A stretch of 64,000 nucleotides of DNA from Eutreptiella sp. 'Long Island Sound 2002' (GCA_964036045.1 OZ038378.1:165974001-166038000), one strand, 5' to 3'; counted from the first letter of the stretch, positions 12,501 to 26,355 are shown. Notes: a model not told the origin generated them from the letters alone. Numbers and translations: made by a program.

Positions 12501-13150
12501 GCAGAGAGGAGGAGGCATAAGGTTAGCTCGGTGATGTATTTCATGCCCTCCCCATGGGCCACTCCTGCCTGCTTGCTGGAAAGAGGGTCTTTGTAACGGA
12601 GAGGCAGACTCACATTTCCCAAACTGAGCACCGCAGGCTGCGCCACAGGCACCATTGGAAAAAGCAATGCATCAAGAAACACTCTAGCCAAAACTAGGAC
12701 CATGGACAACAAGAGGAGGGGCCTCTTGTTGTGAAAATGAGGTATGTTTCCGGTTGCTCAACATGACGCAGAGGACACATGACACAGGGCCGCTCGAGAG
12801 GTGCTCAAGGGGATACTGTCCATCTACGACGCTGTATGCACGGCCCATGCGGGTCAATGTCCCGGCAGTCGTTGGCGCAGGACTGGGAGCGGCCGGGACC
12901 CGGCCCTTGTGCAGACTCGGGGTCGCTGCTATCAGCGCCCACGCCGAGTTGGGAGGGTTGGGTGCACGCCCTTTGTTGTTGGGCGGCTGTGCTGTGCGAC
13001 TGTTCCACAAGGTGGACCTTCACGCCCGATTTCATCGGCAGCACACAACAGTCCTGAACCATTTTGCACCGGACGGTTTGTGGGCGATGCGCCCCAACGA
13101 TACGCAGCATCGTGCACAACGTGTGCTGAACCCCCGCCCCCTTTCGGGCG

Positions 13151-13735
13151 CTAATGCGTCCAGCCACCCGGCCGCTTTCTCGCCCGCGGAGACGGCGTGC
13201 TCTCCAGCTCCACAGACATGCGCGAGTACTTCGAGACCCCCGAGGCCAACGAACGGATGGAACCAATGGACCTCAGCGACGCCTCTGAGCGGATCGTGTG
13301 GACGGAGTCCACCGGCGTGAGCCCCATATGCCTCGAGGCCTTGGTGCTGTGGCTGAAGCGAGTGCTGTGGCTGTACCGGGTGGCGGCGCTGCTGGCACGG
13401 GATGGCTGGCGCTGGTACTCCCGGTGATCTCCGTGGGCGGCCGGCAGGGAAGTCCGTGCCCGTCCAAACATCCGCGTGGCCTGGTTCAGGGCCACGATGC
13501 CGTAGGCCTTGCGCCAGTTGCTGAGCCTTTCAGGGGAGGGCATGGCGCCGGACTGCGGCACGAAGGGGTTAATTTCTTTGTCCGAGACCAGGTTCAGGGC
13601 TCGCAGGGACTGCCTAGCCCAGGAGCGCCACGTGAACGTAATGGGGCTGGTTATTCGTTTCACAGGCAGCTGCTGCAGGCGCGCTTCGGTGCTGGCCTCG
13701 ATGCTTCGGCCGAATTCAGGGTATCGCTGCAGGAC
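13151..13735 (-). CDS. CNBD ion channel, exon 7 (terminal; C-helix and tail)
   Basis: Acceptor CCCCTTCAG|GTC. It joins exon 6 in phase 0 as FNK|[13 protein letters not shown]. Stop TAG at 13151-13153. Confidence 0.85.
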   Translation of the reverse strand, partial: VLQRYPEFGRSIEASTEARLQQLPVKRITSPITFTWRSWARQSLRALNLVSDKEINPFVPQSGAMPSPERLSNWRKAYGIVALNQATRMFGRARTSLPAAHGDHREYQRQPSRASSAATRYSHSTRFSHSTKASRHMGLTPVDSVHTIRSEASLRSIGSIRSLASGVSKYSRMSVELESTPSPRARKRPGGWTH

Positions 13736-13757
13736 CTGAAGGGGGGATTCAGGCATC

Positions 13758-13912
13758 TGTTGTCTGTCTGTCTGTGTGTCTGTCTGTGTGTCTGTCTGTC
13801 TGTCTGTCTGTCTGTGTGTCTGTCTGTGTGTCTGTCTGTTTGTGTGTCTGTCTGTCTGTGTGTCTGTCTGTCTGTCTGTGTGTCTGTCTGTCTGTGTGTC
13901 TGTCTGTCTGTG

Positions 13913-13951
<39 letters not shown>

Positions 13952-13952
13952 G

Positions 13953-13999
<47 letters not shown>

Positions 14000-14124
14000 G
14001 TGTCTGTCTGTGTGTCTGTCTGTCTGTCTGTCTGTGTGTCTGTCTGTCTGTGTGTCTGTCTGTCTGTGTGTCTGTCTGTCTGTCTGTCTGTGTGTCTGTC
14101 TGTCTGTGTGTCTGTCTGTCTGTG

Positions 14125-14203
<79 letters not shown>

Positions 14204-14236
14204 GTGTCTGTCTGTCTGTCTGTCTGTGTGTCTGTG

Positions 14237-14275
<39 letters not shown>

Positions 14276-14320
14276 GTGTCTGCCTGTCTGTCTGTCTGTC
14301 TGTCTGTGTGTCTGTCTGTG

Positions 14321-14375
<55 letters not shown>

Positions 14376-14440
14376 GTGTCTGTCTGTCTGTGTGTCTGTC
14401 TGTCTGTGTGTCTGTCTGTCTGTGTGTCTGTCTGTCTGTG

Positions 14441-14479
<39 letters not shown>

Positions 14480-14480
14480 G

Positions 14481-14527
<47 letters not shown>

Positions 14528-14652
14528 GTGTCTGTCTGTGTGTCTGTCTGTCTGTCTGTCTGTGTGTCTGTCTGTCTGTGTGTCTGTCTGTCTGTGTGTC
14601 TGTCTGTCTGTCTGTCTGTGTGTCTGTCTGTCTGTGTGTCTGTCTGTCTGTG

Positions 14653-14751
<99 letters not shown>

Positions 14752-14752
14752 G

Positions 14753-14807
<55 letters not shown>

Positions 14808-14808
14808 G

Positions 14809-14867
<59 letters not shown>

Positions 14868-15012
14868 GTGCCTGTCTGTCTGTCTGTGTGTCTGTCTGTC
14901 TGTCTGTCTGTGTGTCTGTCTGTCTGTCTGTCTGTGTGTCTGTCTGTCTGTGTGTCTGTCTGTGTGTCTGTCTGTCTGTCTGTCTGTGTGTCTGTCTGTC
15001 TGTGTGTCTGTG

Positions 15013-15043
<31 letters not shown>

Positions 15044-15080
15044 GTGTCTGTCTGTCTGTGTGTCTGTCTGTCTGTGTGTG

Positions 15081-15127
<47 letters not shown>

Positions 15128-15128
15128 G

Positions 15129-15159
<31 letters not shown>

Positions 15160-15196
15160 GTGTCTGTCTGTCTGTCTGTCTGTCTGTGTGTCTGTG

Positions 15197-15265
<69 letters not shown>

Positions 15266-15284
15266 TTGTGTCTGTCTGTCTGTG

Positions 15285-15333
<49 letters not shown>

Positions 15334-15372
15334 TTGTGTCTGTCTGTCTGTTTGTTTGTCTGTTTGTCTGTC
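13758..15372 (+). repeat. About 1.6-kb (TGTC)n microsatellite with TG interruptions, in intron 6 of the channel gene
   Basis: Directly visible tetranucleotide run. Confidence 0.98.
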
Positions 15373-15619
15373 CCTCTGTGTTTGTGTGTGCCGAAGGCGC
15401 TGTTACCGAAAGGCAATGGCCGGAATGTTGTACCCACAGAAAAAAGTCGATGGGTGGGCACTGTACCTGAAACCCCAGACCAGGCAGGGGCAGCAGGGGC
15501 TGGGGGGACCTTGCCATACGGGCTTGACATAGGCACAGCCACAGGTCAATTGAGAGCAGCCCTTGGCACCCCTTGCCTCTGCGCCTGTTGGTGGAGTGCC
15601 CGCATCCTTCCCAGCACCC

Positions 15620-16250
15620 GTCCCCCGTCAGCGGTCGTCAACATGGCAACTAGACACTTCCACTGGATCATGGAGCTCAATATTCACGTGGACATGGCCA
15701 ACACAGACTATCCGGGGGTCATGGATCCTCCAGCGCCTCTTCTCTTTCATCCTCCCCAAAAAGTACAAGGAACATTGCCAGCTAGCCACAACGATGTACA
15801 CCACTGGTCGCAAGACCAAGTGGATCCCAGTGCAGGTGCACCACAACAGCCGGCGGGGCGACAATCACAAATCGGGAATGGGGCTCTTGCTACACTATTT
15901 TGATTGGGACCAGGAATGCAATGCCACGTTCCACCGCCGACACCACCTGCAACCTGCCCAAGATGACCCTGCTGGCAAAGAAGGCAGCAAAAAGACATAT
16001 GCTCTTGGACACCACCTGCCTCCCTTGCAAGGCCCTTCCATCCACCAGGCGCATATGGAGACCTCTGAGCCGTAAACACTATGGGAAACGAATTTGTGTG
16101 CCAGATGCTGGACGATTGGATGCGGCTGTGAAGAGCCCATGCATGGGGCCATTCAAGGCCGGCACAGCCCCCAAGGCACCATGGCATGGGTGCTCTAGGA
16201 GCTGCGGCTACTTGTGGTTGATACCATCCCAGCAATGCCCTCCCAGCCAG
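15620..16250 (+). mobile_element. Possible highly decayed non-LTR (LINE-like) reverse-transcriptase fragment
   Basis: Frameshifted strings [19 protein letters not shown]...TTMYT and [15 protein letters not shown] loosely follow the LINE RT order D-x2-KAFD / L..GFP...LY / GVRQGD. The similarity is weak. Confidence 0.25.
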
Positions 16251-19200
16251 GCATGTGCAGGTCATTTCACTTGTGTGAATATCCGAAGTGGTCTAGGATC
16301 ATTTTTGCCAAAACGTGTGTTTGGCCCATTTGGCCCATCTCACCATATTTGGTCCCAAAATAGCCTATTTTCAAGCTTTTGGGCACCTTTGGGAGACCAT
16401 CCCAAGCCCAAACAGACTCAAAGCGGGCTCAAACGAAGTGTTTTGGAATCCCAAGTGGTCTAGCATCATTTTTGGAAAAATGAATTTTCTGCCTCCGGTG
16501 GACCCGATGGTCCCATTTTGGCCCCAACCAATTTGGACTCAAGCTCTTTGCTTGCTAATTAGGCAAATTAGGCACCTGTGCCGGGGGGGGGGGGGGGTCA
16601 AGACGTCCGTTTGGACAATTTGGAGGGGCAAAAACCAAAGAAAGTGGGGGGTGCAGGTGGAGTGGGTGCCCTCGGAATGGAATTTGAGCCACGTAGCCCA
16701 GGATAAGGCTTATTCTTGGTGTTGGGTTTGTGCGGTCAAACTACGCAGATTTTGGGGAATTTTGGACAATTTTTCGGGCGTTTCTTGGACATCGTGCAGT
16801 TAGGGCCACCGAAGTACTCTCTAATACCTTGAAATGTAGCTGGCAACATATCCCATTCATTTTCCTTGGTGGGGCTTACAAACGGGTTTTGGGGCTGTTT
16901 TGGGGGGTGGATGTTTTGTGTTGTTTTTGGCTCAAACTTGTACAGATTTGGGAGGGTATCTCCCGTCTTGGTGCTTGCGCCCCGGGCTGCCACCAGTGAG
17001 TTGGGGGCTCAAACTCGGGAGTTGGGAAGGGCATGTGTCTTGAGGAAATGAAGGGACGGCATAGTGAGGATGAAAAAGATGCTTTTAACCCCATTACTTT
17101 GCCCTTGACCCTACCCTCTAACCATTGCCCCTACACTAGCCGTTTCAACGGTTGCGGAGGTTGCAAGCCTCATGCACTAGATGTTGCCATTGTGAAATCT
17201 TTGCGCGCCAACACCTCTATTAGTGGATAATGTGTGTAGGAAGCATGAGCTCCTTGTCCATGGCAAAAATACAGATTTGTTTGAAAATGAGAAGACCCAT
17301 TTCCAACAGTTGTACATGTAGTATTGGCATTTCTAGTTCAGATTGTGAATGATTGTTCCATGCTCCTTTGTGCCATCCTTGGTTTTATGCCTTTGTGTTA
17401 GTGGGTGTCTGTGTGAGCATGCATTTTTGTTCTTGTGATGGGGAACTTTAATTTTTTACCTTAGTGACGGTTGTGACATGACCCCATCAAACGTGGAGTA
17501 ATCTGGTGTTTGGTCTTCCTGACACTTCATGTGCAGAGCCCTTTAGGCCTTGGTGACACTCAGAGACCTTCCTAGAGACCTATATTGCAAAGGACCACGG
17601 GGCGATTCGGGGGGGCTGAGGATGACAGGTGGGGGATGTCTACTCTTGAGGGATAGAAGCAAGCATAGGTGCAGAGACGGGTGTGTTGTACGATTGTAGG
17701 GGTTCACTCATGTCAATCTCTAGGCTATTGTAGGGACCATTGACTTCTTGTGACGAAACCCACACAATGAGATCCCTCTTAAAAGTGCCACTCCAAATTC
17801 CGTGGGACATTGGAAGGGGAGGAAGGGAGGGTCCATGAACGCAAGAGCATGTGTTGAGATGGCCTCAAAAATTGTAGGTGCAACCACCACTATGCTCCAA
17901 CCGCGCCCACTTTAGGGCTAAAATGGGTCAAAACGGGCTCAAAACGGCGGAGGGCGCCCACAAAGCACTTGGAGTCCGAGACTATCCAATTAGACGGTTT
18001 GAATTGTGGATGTAGATGCACATGTGGATATGAATGTGGGCGTGGCTATGAATGCAAGTTTGGCTCTGTGGGTGTCAAGGTGGATCGGACGATGACGAAA
18101 TCATGAAGGAAGTGGCAACAACAGGGCTCGGGGAGGTGGGTAGAGTGCATGTTTACCCCTCCCTTTGGAACAAGCTCATCCCCTAGGGGCTCTGGAAAGT
18201 GTACAAGCGGCACGCGCAGCGCTACGACGCGAGTATGACCTCAAGGTGCTCCAAACTACCACACATGATGAGGTCGGTGCGGGTAGACACTAGGGGGGGG
18301 GGGGGATGACAACACGAAGGCCAACAGCGCGGGCATTCTTACACCCCAAGAAACTGGCAAAAATGCTGTATGATCCTGGATGCCACCCCCATAAATTAGG
18401 CAGACAAGAGGAGGCCAGCAAAGTTCCAGCAACCAGGGTTGGAAGGGCTGAGGGACAGGATGCGAGGCGAGGGGGGGGGGGGGTGGATAGCCAAGCTGGA
18501 CCTCCACAACAAGAGGGGCAAAAACATGTCATAGAATGGAGCAGAGCAATCGCTCTGTTGGCAAAGGGGGGGGGGGATGTTAAAAAAACATGCACCATGA
18601 CCATGGGTTTCGTCTCGGGTAAACGATTGATGAGGATTGTGCACTTGTGGCACAAGATTCCAACCATCTGCAACTCCTGTTATGTGCCACCATCGTTCCC
18701 ATTTCATCTTAGCGATACAAGCGGTTGCATCCATTTTTGGTGAAGGGGCATGCCAATTTCATTTCGGAGGCATCGCTTTGACTTGTGTTGTGTGCTATCA
18801 CTAAAGCCATGTAGCTCAACTGAAACCCGAGGTGGCCAAGGAGTGGGGATTTCCCCTTTTTTCATTGAGAGTGGGGCGTCAACAAGGGTGATATGGCCTA
18901 TGGGACAATTGCTGGGAGTGAACAGAGGTTGTTAAATGGATCACAAAAGCACAGCGACAAAAATTGTTGCCCAAAGCGCAATGGTTCTCGTCGCTACCCC
19001 TCCATGCCATCAACTAGAACAAGTGGGTGCCATGGTTGTGGGGTACTCGACACTAGCCTGGATATGGGGCGCCGTGGGAGATGGGATGGTGGATATGGGA
19101 CGCATGCACATGGTGTGGCCAACACCATTGACTCGCAAGACAGGAATGCTTCATGTCCTGCGTGCATGAGTCAAAACTGTGGGACCTGTGGGCCCATTTA

Positions 19201-19439
19201 GGGGAAACATGGAAGGCAGAGGTGGTGTGCAAGCCTTCAACGGCATCAAATAAGGAGATGGGCATGTGCACCCACTTGCAATTTCGCCACTCTTTGTAGC
19301 AGTCTTTGTTGTGGACCCCAGTGGTGAGTCATCATGGCCACATAGCATTTCTATGCCAATCAACGACTAGCACACCAGCCGACACATCCGAGGCGCGGTT
19401 CTGGTACTAGATGCTGTGCATCAACTGCATCACGGCAGC

Positions 19440-19900
19440 CCATGCAAGAGGCCCAAGAAACACCCACTGCTTGTGCCGCCATCCAAGAGGAAACCACCAC
19501 ACTAAACACCAAATATGACCCGCAAAGCAGCAAAGCGGGCAAGAGTCAAAATGGTGGCATATCCCTTGCCTTCTTGGGCCCGCAAAGCAGGGAGGAATCA
19601 AAATGGCTGAAAATGCAGGGAGGAAACAAAATGGTGACATAAACCCCAAAGCAAAATGCCGACATAACCCCTACCTTTTCATGGCTACAAAATGGGGAGG
19701 AAACAAAATGGCTGCAAAACTCTTTCCTTGTTGGGCGCCGCAAGGTAGGGAGGAAGCAAAATGGCTCAATAACCTCGACCTTTTCAGCCCCCACAAAGTG
19801 GAGAAGAATCAAGGTGGCTACATCATCCCTACCTTCTTGGGCCCAACCCCTATCTTCTCGGGCCCCCTACATGGGGATAATTCCGGACGCCAACAGAATG
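19440..19900 (+). repeat. Degenerate relative of the 103-bp (CAAAATGGC...CTTGGGCCC) repeat family
   Basis: Recurrent CAAAATGG(C/T) and CTT(C/G)TTGGGC motifs resemble those at 1140-1420. Confidence 0.5.
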
Positions 19901-21156
19901 GCTGCCGATTTAGGACATTGTGGGCGGGGGGGTAGGGGGGCACCAGCCATGTATGGCGTGCCAACGCTCCCCCTTGGAGAGAAAATACACCAAAACACTG
20001 TCCCTAATCCCTGTCCTGGAGGGGGGGGGGCTGCTTCACCCTTACAGACACCCTGCATTACACCCATTACAATGTCTGCACAAAGCAGAAGCATGCCACC
20101 TCTCTGTTCCCCCTGTGCACTGCCCATGTGCACCCTCGCCCTGGGCATGTGACGGCTCCCGCCGCACAATGATGCATCTCTTCTTTTGCACACAACAACC
20201 CTAATGGAACCTGAACGGACTCTGCGGTGAGATAGGGCCGGGATGGTCAAGCCCAGCTGGTCTGGGGTGAGCGCAAATATGAACAGCTCATGGGCAGTTC
20301 AAATGCCCATCGAACAGCAGACTGCTCCAGAGCAACCACACCAAAGCCACAGAACAACAACAGGTTATCATGCACATTTGCAGTCACACACGGGGGTTGT
20401 ATACTTCATGATCCATAGTTTTTGGCATCAAATCTGTTGCTCCATTGCCTCGGGTCCCTCCTGGGATCCACGATCTCATAACATCCCACATGCTGTGTGG
20501 CAGTGATGACCTTATCGGACGGTCTTGTTTGGGATGGCTGGGGGTGGTCTTGTGAACTCAATCACAAGAAGAGCGCAATCTGACAAGAGGTTCCATCCTG
20601 GGGCCGGAGTCACATGCATTCTCATTGAACAGGACAACCAAATTCTGGAATTTTCCATGGTCTTGGAGCCAATTTCCGTTCAGCCCTTGGGGCCTCATAC
20701 TCATCGGACTCTTTGCCATTTACTCAAAAGGGGGAGGCGCATCTGAAAAATCGCAACCTCATTTGTCGTGTAAAAAGTGTTTCCTTTCTGCTCAGTCCCC
20801 TTCAGTGACGATGGCAATGAACCAGAGTTAGCCTTTCACTACGTTGGTCGCGTGCGGCTTTGTCCTAGCATGGCAACCCCATCAGACCGCAGTTGTCCTC
20901 AATTCTGGGGCCAAGGGAGATTCCAACCCCGCCCCTGTGCCGCTTCCCCCAAACCTATGACGGGGTCTGCTCACCCCATGTACGTGTGCACGCCGCTTCT
21001 AGCCAGGGATCCTGTTGCTTCTTCATCTTTAGCACTTCAGATTGCTGTGTTATTCCCTCAGGGCTGAAAAGCTGCGCATGCCGGTGCATGCATGCTCACA
21101 TGGTCGCAACGACAAAGAGGGTCAAAGGCAAAAACGCAGGGGAGAGTGACATGGAC

Positions 21157-21270
21157 CTTGTTGAAGACACGTTTGTCCAGCTGGAACAGCCAGCAAACAG
21201 TGACACTGCGCACAGACGCCGTCCGCACAATGTCCTTCAGCAGCGCAATCTCCCCAAACCATGAGCCCTC
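21157..21270 (-). CDS. CNBD ion channel, exon 6 (phosphate-binding cassette)
   Basis: CAG|GAG...AAG|GTC, 114 nt. Encodes EGSWFGEIALLKDIVRTASVRSVTVCWLFQLDKRVFNK, an intact GEIAL...RTA cassette. Confidence 0.92.
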
Positions 21271-21959
21271 CTGCAGCGTGACCAGGAACAGTGCCAATCG
21301 GGAACATGGGCGTTGCATGGCTGGTGGTGCACGAGGAAAATTTCGAGAAGCGCAGAGAGGCCCTGCTGAGACAAGGCAGTGCTTGTGCTTATCCACCATT
21401 CCTTGAGGGCGCTGCACCTGCGGCACCTGCAGCACCTGCAGCAGGCCTGCGGTGCGCGTTTGGGATACTCCGCCTCCCAACCACCAAAAGGGGGTCAAAT
21501 GACCAGTGACCAAAAACTCACCAACCCCGCATCCCCCAAACCCAAGCCTAAAATGGTCGTGGTATTCGTATTTAAGGGCACACACCACCAGTCATTTCTG
21601 GCCACACAAGCGAGAAAGAATGGAGGGGAGGGCTGGAGGGGGGGGTTGTAGTGCAGTGGGCCTGTCCAATTGCGCCCCTAACCCCAAAAAATTCCTCTTC
21701 CTGGGGACCCACAACGGGTGGTGGTGGCGGTGGTGACAGCGGTGAGTCAGGGGGTTGCACAGTTGCAAACTGTCATTGGGCTAATGAACGCTTGCAGGGG
21801 TCTGTGGATGGGGTTGCTGCAGGCAGTTGTGGCGGCATGTTAAAGAACGTGTCCAGGGCAACCGCCCACTACTGCAGACGCCAGGTATCCCGTCAGTGTG
21901 TTTGTTGAACAAGGATTTCATTGTTAGGGCTCACATAACAACTTGACCGTCGCAATTGC

Positions 21960-22370
<411 letters not shown>

Positions 22371-23520
22371 GCACACGCCAGTGGCTGCACACCGCCGCCC
22401 CCGCAGTTATGGACACGGTTGAGTTTGCTCTGTGCATCGAATCCATTGCGCGTGAGACTTTGTATTTGCATGTCTCCCGGAAGCCCAAGGACCCGTCCAT
22501 TAAGCAACTTTACGACGTATGCCTGTGACCGTGGCGTGTTGGGCCGCCCCTTGTGGTAAGCAACCAGCACCAGCACCAGCACCAGCACCAGCACCAGCAC
22601 CAGCACCAGCACCAGCAGCACCAGCACCAGCACCAGCACCAGCACCAGCACCAGCTCCCCAACGACAACAGGGGGCAGCGCGGCGGGGCAGCGACCCCGC
22701 AGAAAAGGGGAGTAAGTGCCCAAGCCCGGCCCCTCGAGGACATCAACGCCGCCAATGGGGTAGGGGGCAGCGAGGTAGGGCAGTAGGCCCCCATGGGGGC
22801 TGAGCGCCAAGGCCCGGGCCCTCATTGCAGGAGTTTCACCGCCCACAGCCCCCAGGCAGTGTGGCGGTGCATAGTAGGAGTTCCACTGCCCACTCGCCCC
22901 AAGCAGTGTGGCAGTGCATTGCAGGAGTTCCACTGCCCACAGCCCACAGGGAGTGTGGCAGTGCATTGCAGGAGTTCCACTGCCCACTGCCCCCGGGCAG
23001 TGGAGGAGGAGGAGGAGGAGGAGCGCCTGCCGTGGTCCCACGTACGGTGAGCCGTGGCGTCGTCCCTCAGGGGCCCCACGCAGGCTCTGCCGAGGGAGTC
23101 CTCCGTCTTACCTCCGCTAGAGTAAGACGAATCTCGTCGCACACTTGAGAACGCTCCTCCCAGCACGCCGTCTGGGTCACAACGCCGGTGTACGACAACG
23201 CTACGGTCCGATCCGCTCTCCGGTCCCGGCCACCGACTGCCCCGATCTGTCCTGGATCCACCCGAGTCAACGTTCCAAGATCAACGTGAGCTGAGAAGGT
23301 GTGGGTCTCCCGGGGCATCACCCCCGACTTGAAAACGTCGCCGGGCTAAATAGAACGCGGCCCAGCACGACTATGCGCACTGCCGGCGGGCTGAGTACCG
23401 CCGGCGGCGCGAGTACGGTCACGTTACACGATCACGCGCACCGCCGGGGGCCTGGGTACCCCCGGGTTCTGTGGGTGCGGGACGTGTGCCAGCGCCTTGT
23501 TGGCGCACGGTTGTCTAGGC

Positions 23521-24401
23521 GTCACCATGGTGGCGCGCTGCCCTGGAGGTTGTGCTGTGGCGACGCACTCGTGAGTTGGCGGCACCACGGTGGTGCTCCG
23601 CCATCGTTGTCGCGGCACATTGGCGCTTGGCTGTTGGGGCGGTGCGTCTGTGGTGCTCCGCCCTGGAGGTCGCGCCACGACGGCGTACGTCTGCGGCGAA
23701 GGCACCACGGCGGTGTCCTGCCATTGAGCCTGGTGGCTGGGCGAGGCGGTGAGGACCGCCGAAGTCACGCGAGGCGGTGAGCACCGCCGACGACAAAGCA
23801 CCCCTGCACGAGGTGTCACGGTTGGCGGAGCGCCAGGTGCAGACCCAACAATGGTGCCTCGAATATTGGCCTGGAGGAAACACCATGGCAAGGCTGGCGC
23901 AAACGGTCCACGGGTCTGGGCGGCGCCACGGTGGCGCTCTGCACCGGAAACCGCGCCACGACGGCGCACGTGCATGTTGGCGGCACAACGATTGTGCTCT
24001 GTCACTGAGCCGGCGCCACGACAACGCACGGGCGTTCGGTCGGCGCCGCGACGGCGCTCTGCCCCGGAGGTCGCGCCGCTACAGCGTACCCGGGCGTTGG
24101 CGGCACCACGGTGGCGCCCTGCGACTGTGCTGGGGTCACATTGGCGCACTGCCCTCCGGGTGGTGCCACAGTGTCGCACGGCCCTAGAGGAGGCGCAGCA
24201 ATGGCATACTTGTACGTCAGCTGCGCCACGATGGCGCACGTGCACGCTGGCGGCACCACGATGGCGCTTCGCCACTGGACTGGCGCCACGGCGACGCAGG
24301 GCTGTCTGGGCAGTGCCACGATGGCGCTCTGCCCCGAAGATCGTGCCACGGCGGCGCACGTATTCGTCGACGGCACCACGGTGGTACCCTGCCAGTGAGC
24401 C
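23521..24401 (+). repeat. 30-bp-period array with palindromic core GCGCCAC-N-GTGGCGC (7 units at 23521-23730, 16 units at 23922-24401)
   Basis: Exact 30-nt phase is kept across units. About 16 nt of each unit is conserved and about 14 nt is variable. Confidence 0.8.
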
Positions 24402-24484
24402 GGCGCGTGAAGGGGGAGCGTGGGTGAGCCTGGGCGGCTGGGGGGCCCTCGGGGGGTGGCAGGGATGGGCCCTGGGCTGACGCG

Positions 24485-24550
24485 GGTGAGTGAGCGAGTG
24501 AGTGAGTGAGCGAGTGAGTGAGTGAGCGAGTGAGTGAGTGAGTGAGTGAG
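24485..24550 (+). repeat. (GTGA/GCGA)n microsatellite
   Basis: Directly visible. Confidence 0.9.
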
Positions 24551-25947
24551 TAAACACGTGGCCGTTGCCTGGCTGTGCTTGTGGGCAATCCGTCCCACAG
24601 CTACCATCCTGGGGGTTTTTATCCTGGTGCCAGGCCACCAGATATCGAGCAGGTGCACTGTGTGTGGCAGTGGTGCATCTACCCCTCACAGGCTGCACCT
24701 CTGGCCCAGGGAGGAGTCCTGGACGGGTGGCGGGCGGGGTGGGCCCGGCCTGACGAGGGCAGTGTGGCAGTGCATTGCAGGAGTTGCACTGCCCACTGCC
24801 CACTGCCCCCAGGCAGTGAGGCAGTGCATTGCAGGAGTTCCACCGCCCACTGCCCCCAGGCAGTGTGGCGGTGCATAGTAGGAGTTCCACTGCGCACTGC
24901 CCCTAGACAGTGAGGCAGTGCATTGCAAGAGATGCAAAGTGCAGAGAGCCCAATAGACCCCGTGTGACCGTGCACAGGCGTCGGCAGAGCAGGCTATGCA
25001 GCTGGGAGCCCCGCTGAGCACTGGGCCTCCCCCGTCGCCGACCCATCCGCCGCGAATGGTATGACTGGAACCTGCTTGCTCCAACTCGCGCTGGGAGCCA
25101 GAGGGCCTGCTGAGAACTGGGCCTTCCCCACTGCCCACGCATTCAATGCGGACAGTACGACCGTTGCCTGCGAGGCCCAGTTCTCCCCCAGCACTGTGGC
25201 CATGCCCGCCGCCTCTGGTCAGTCGGAGGTGTTCGTGTCGCCCTCAGGTCCGGACGCCGACACTAGCCTGCAGCAGCACGTGCCCATAGCCTGCAGCGTG
25301 CTGACCCACAGCCTTCCCTCCAGGCAGATGTCGGAGAAGCTTATGTCGCCGTCGTGTGCGGACGCCACCGCTGCTCTGCATCAGTGCGTGCCCCACAACC
25401 CCAAGACCGACTCTTCCCGTCCCTCCAGGCAGATACCGGAGATGTACATGTCAGCACAGCAGCAGCAACAACAACGACAACAACAACAACAACAACAACA
25501 ACAAGATCTGTAACCAGTTCGTTCTGCGCACAGGGCTTGGGTCCGGGGAATGTCCAATTTCCATACCAACCTGATTGCGCACCTTTGAATTGAGGTGAGC
25601 GTGACGCCCGAAATCGTGCGCACCTGATTGCATTTGAATGACTTTTGTTCGTTGTGGATGCAGCAGAAAGAGAGCATGCAACGCTGGAAACGTCCACACC
25701 GCCACTGCCGCTGCTGCGGGACAATCGCTGACTACTACTGCTGCTGTTTGTTAAAGATGGTATGCCTGTCATGATTTGCTGCTGCGGCTGCACTTGCTTG
25801 CGGTTGCAGCTGAGGAATGTGTACGTGCAGTGGTATTCCCGGTGCTGCCGCCGGTTCTGTCGCGGCGAGAGTTACCGGTTGGGTGCAGGTGCGAATAGAA
25901 AGCAGCAGCAGGAAATAGTTCAGACGGCAGCAGCATCTGGTCCAGAC

Positions 25948-26355
25948 CTTCAATGTGCAATGCAGCTGGTCCACCCCGTTATCATCCTTCACAAGCACCT
26001 CCACAATTCCACGGACCAGAAAAAACATGCATTCCCCCACTTCGCCCTCCTTGATCAAATACTTGAAGGGGGGTGCGAACACGCGGGGCATGTGGGACGC
26101 AATGGTGGCAACGCACTGCGGACCCGCGTCCTGCAACAGGGGCACGGAGTTCAGGAGGTTTTTCTTGATGTGGGTGTAGAGTTGGTCCTGGAGGTAGTTA
26201 GGCAGCTCGGAGACCTCCTGCATGTCGTGCATGGACGCCTCGAGGACATGGGGGTAGATTGTGAACACTTGCTTCTGCAGGGACCATGGTACATTGTAGA
26301 ACTTGAGCACAGCCGCAAGTTTGCTGCGCTTTGTATCAAGCTTCTCCTGGAGCAC
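25948..26355 (-). CDS. CNBD ion channel, exon 5 (C-linker and CNBD beta-roll)
   Basis: CTTCAG|GTG...AAG|GTCTGG, 408 nt. Encodes VLQEKLDTKRSKL...LLNSVPLLQDAGPQCV...YLIKEGEVGECMFFLVRGIVEVL...LHCTLK. Confidence 0.92.

Larger units (their letters stand above)
22815..24930 (+). repeat. About 46-bp minisatellite (GCAGTGTGGCAGTGCATTGCAGGAGTTCCACTGCCCACAGCCCCAG) split into two blocks, 22815-23000 and 24760-24930
   Basis: About 4 copies of the same unit lie on each side of a roughly 1.75-kb unrelated insert. Confidence 0.8.

Noticed and set aside
13736-15903. Long ORFs of 560-790 aa (RQTD/CLSV repeats)
   Set aside because: Artefacts of the stop-free (TGTC)n microsatellite. The true exon ends at the AG at 13736-13737.
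23521-24401. CRISPR array (palindromic repeat plus variable spacer); also considered for the 52-bp array
   Set aside because: The spacers are only about 14 nt and recur in classes, the repeats are degenerate, there are no cas genes, and the context is a eukaryotic intron. The 52-bp units have no unique spacers.
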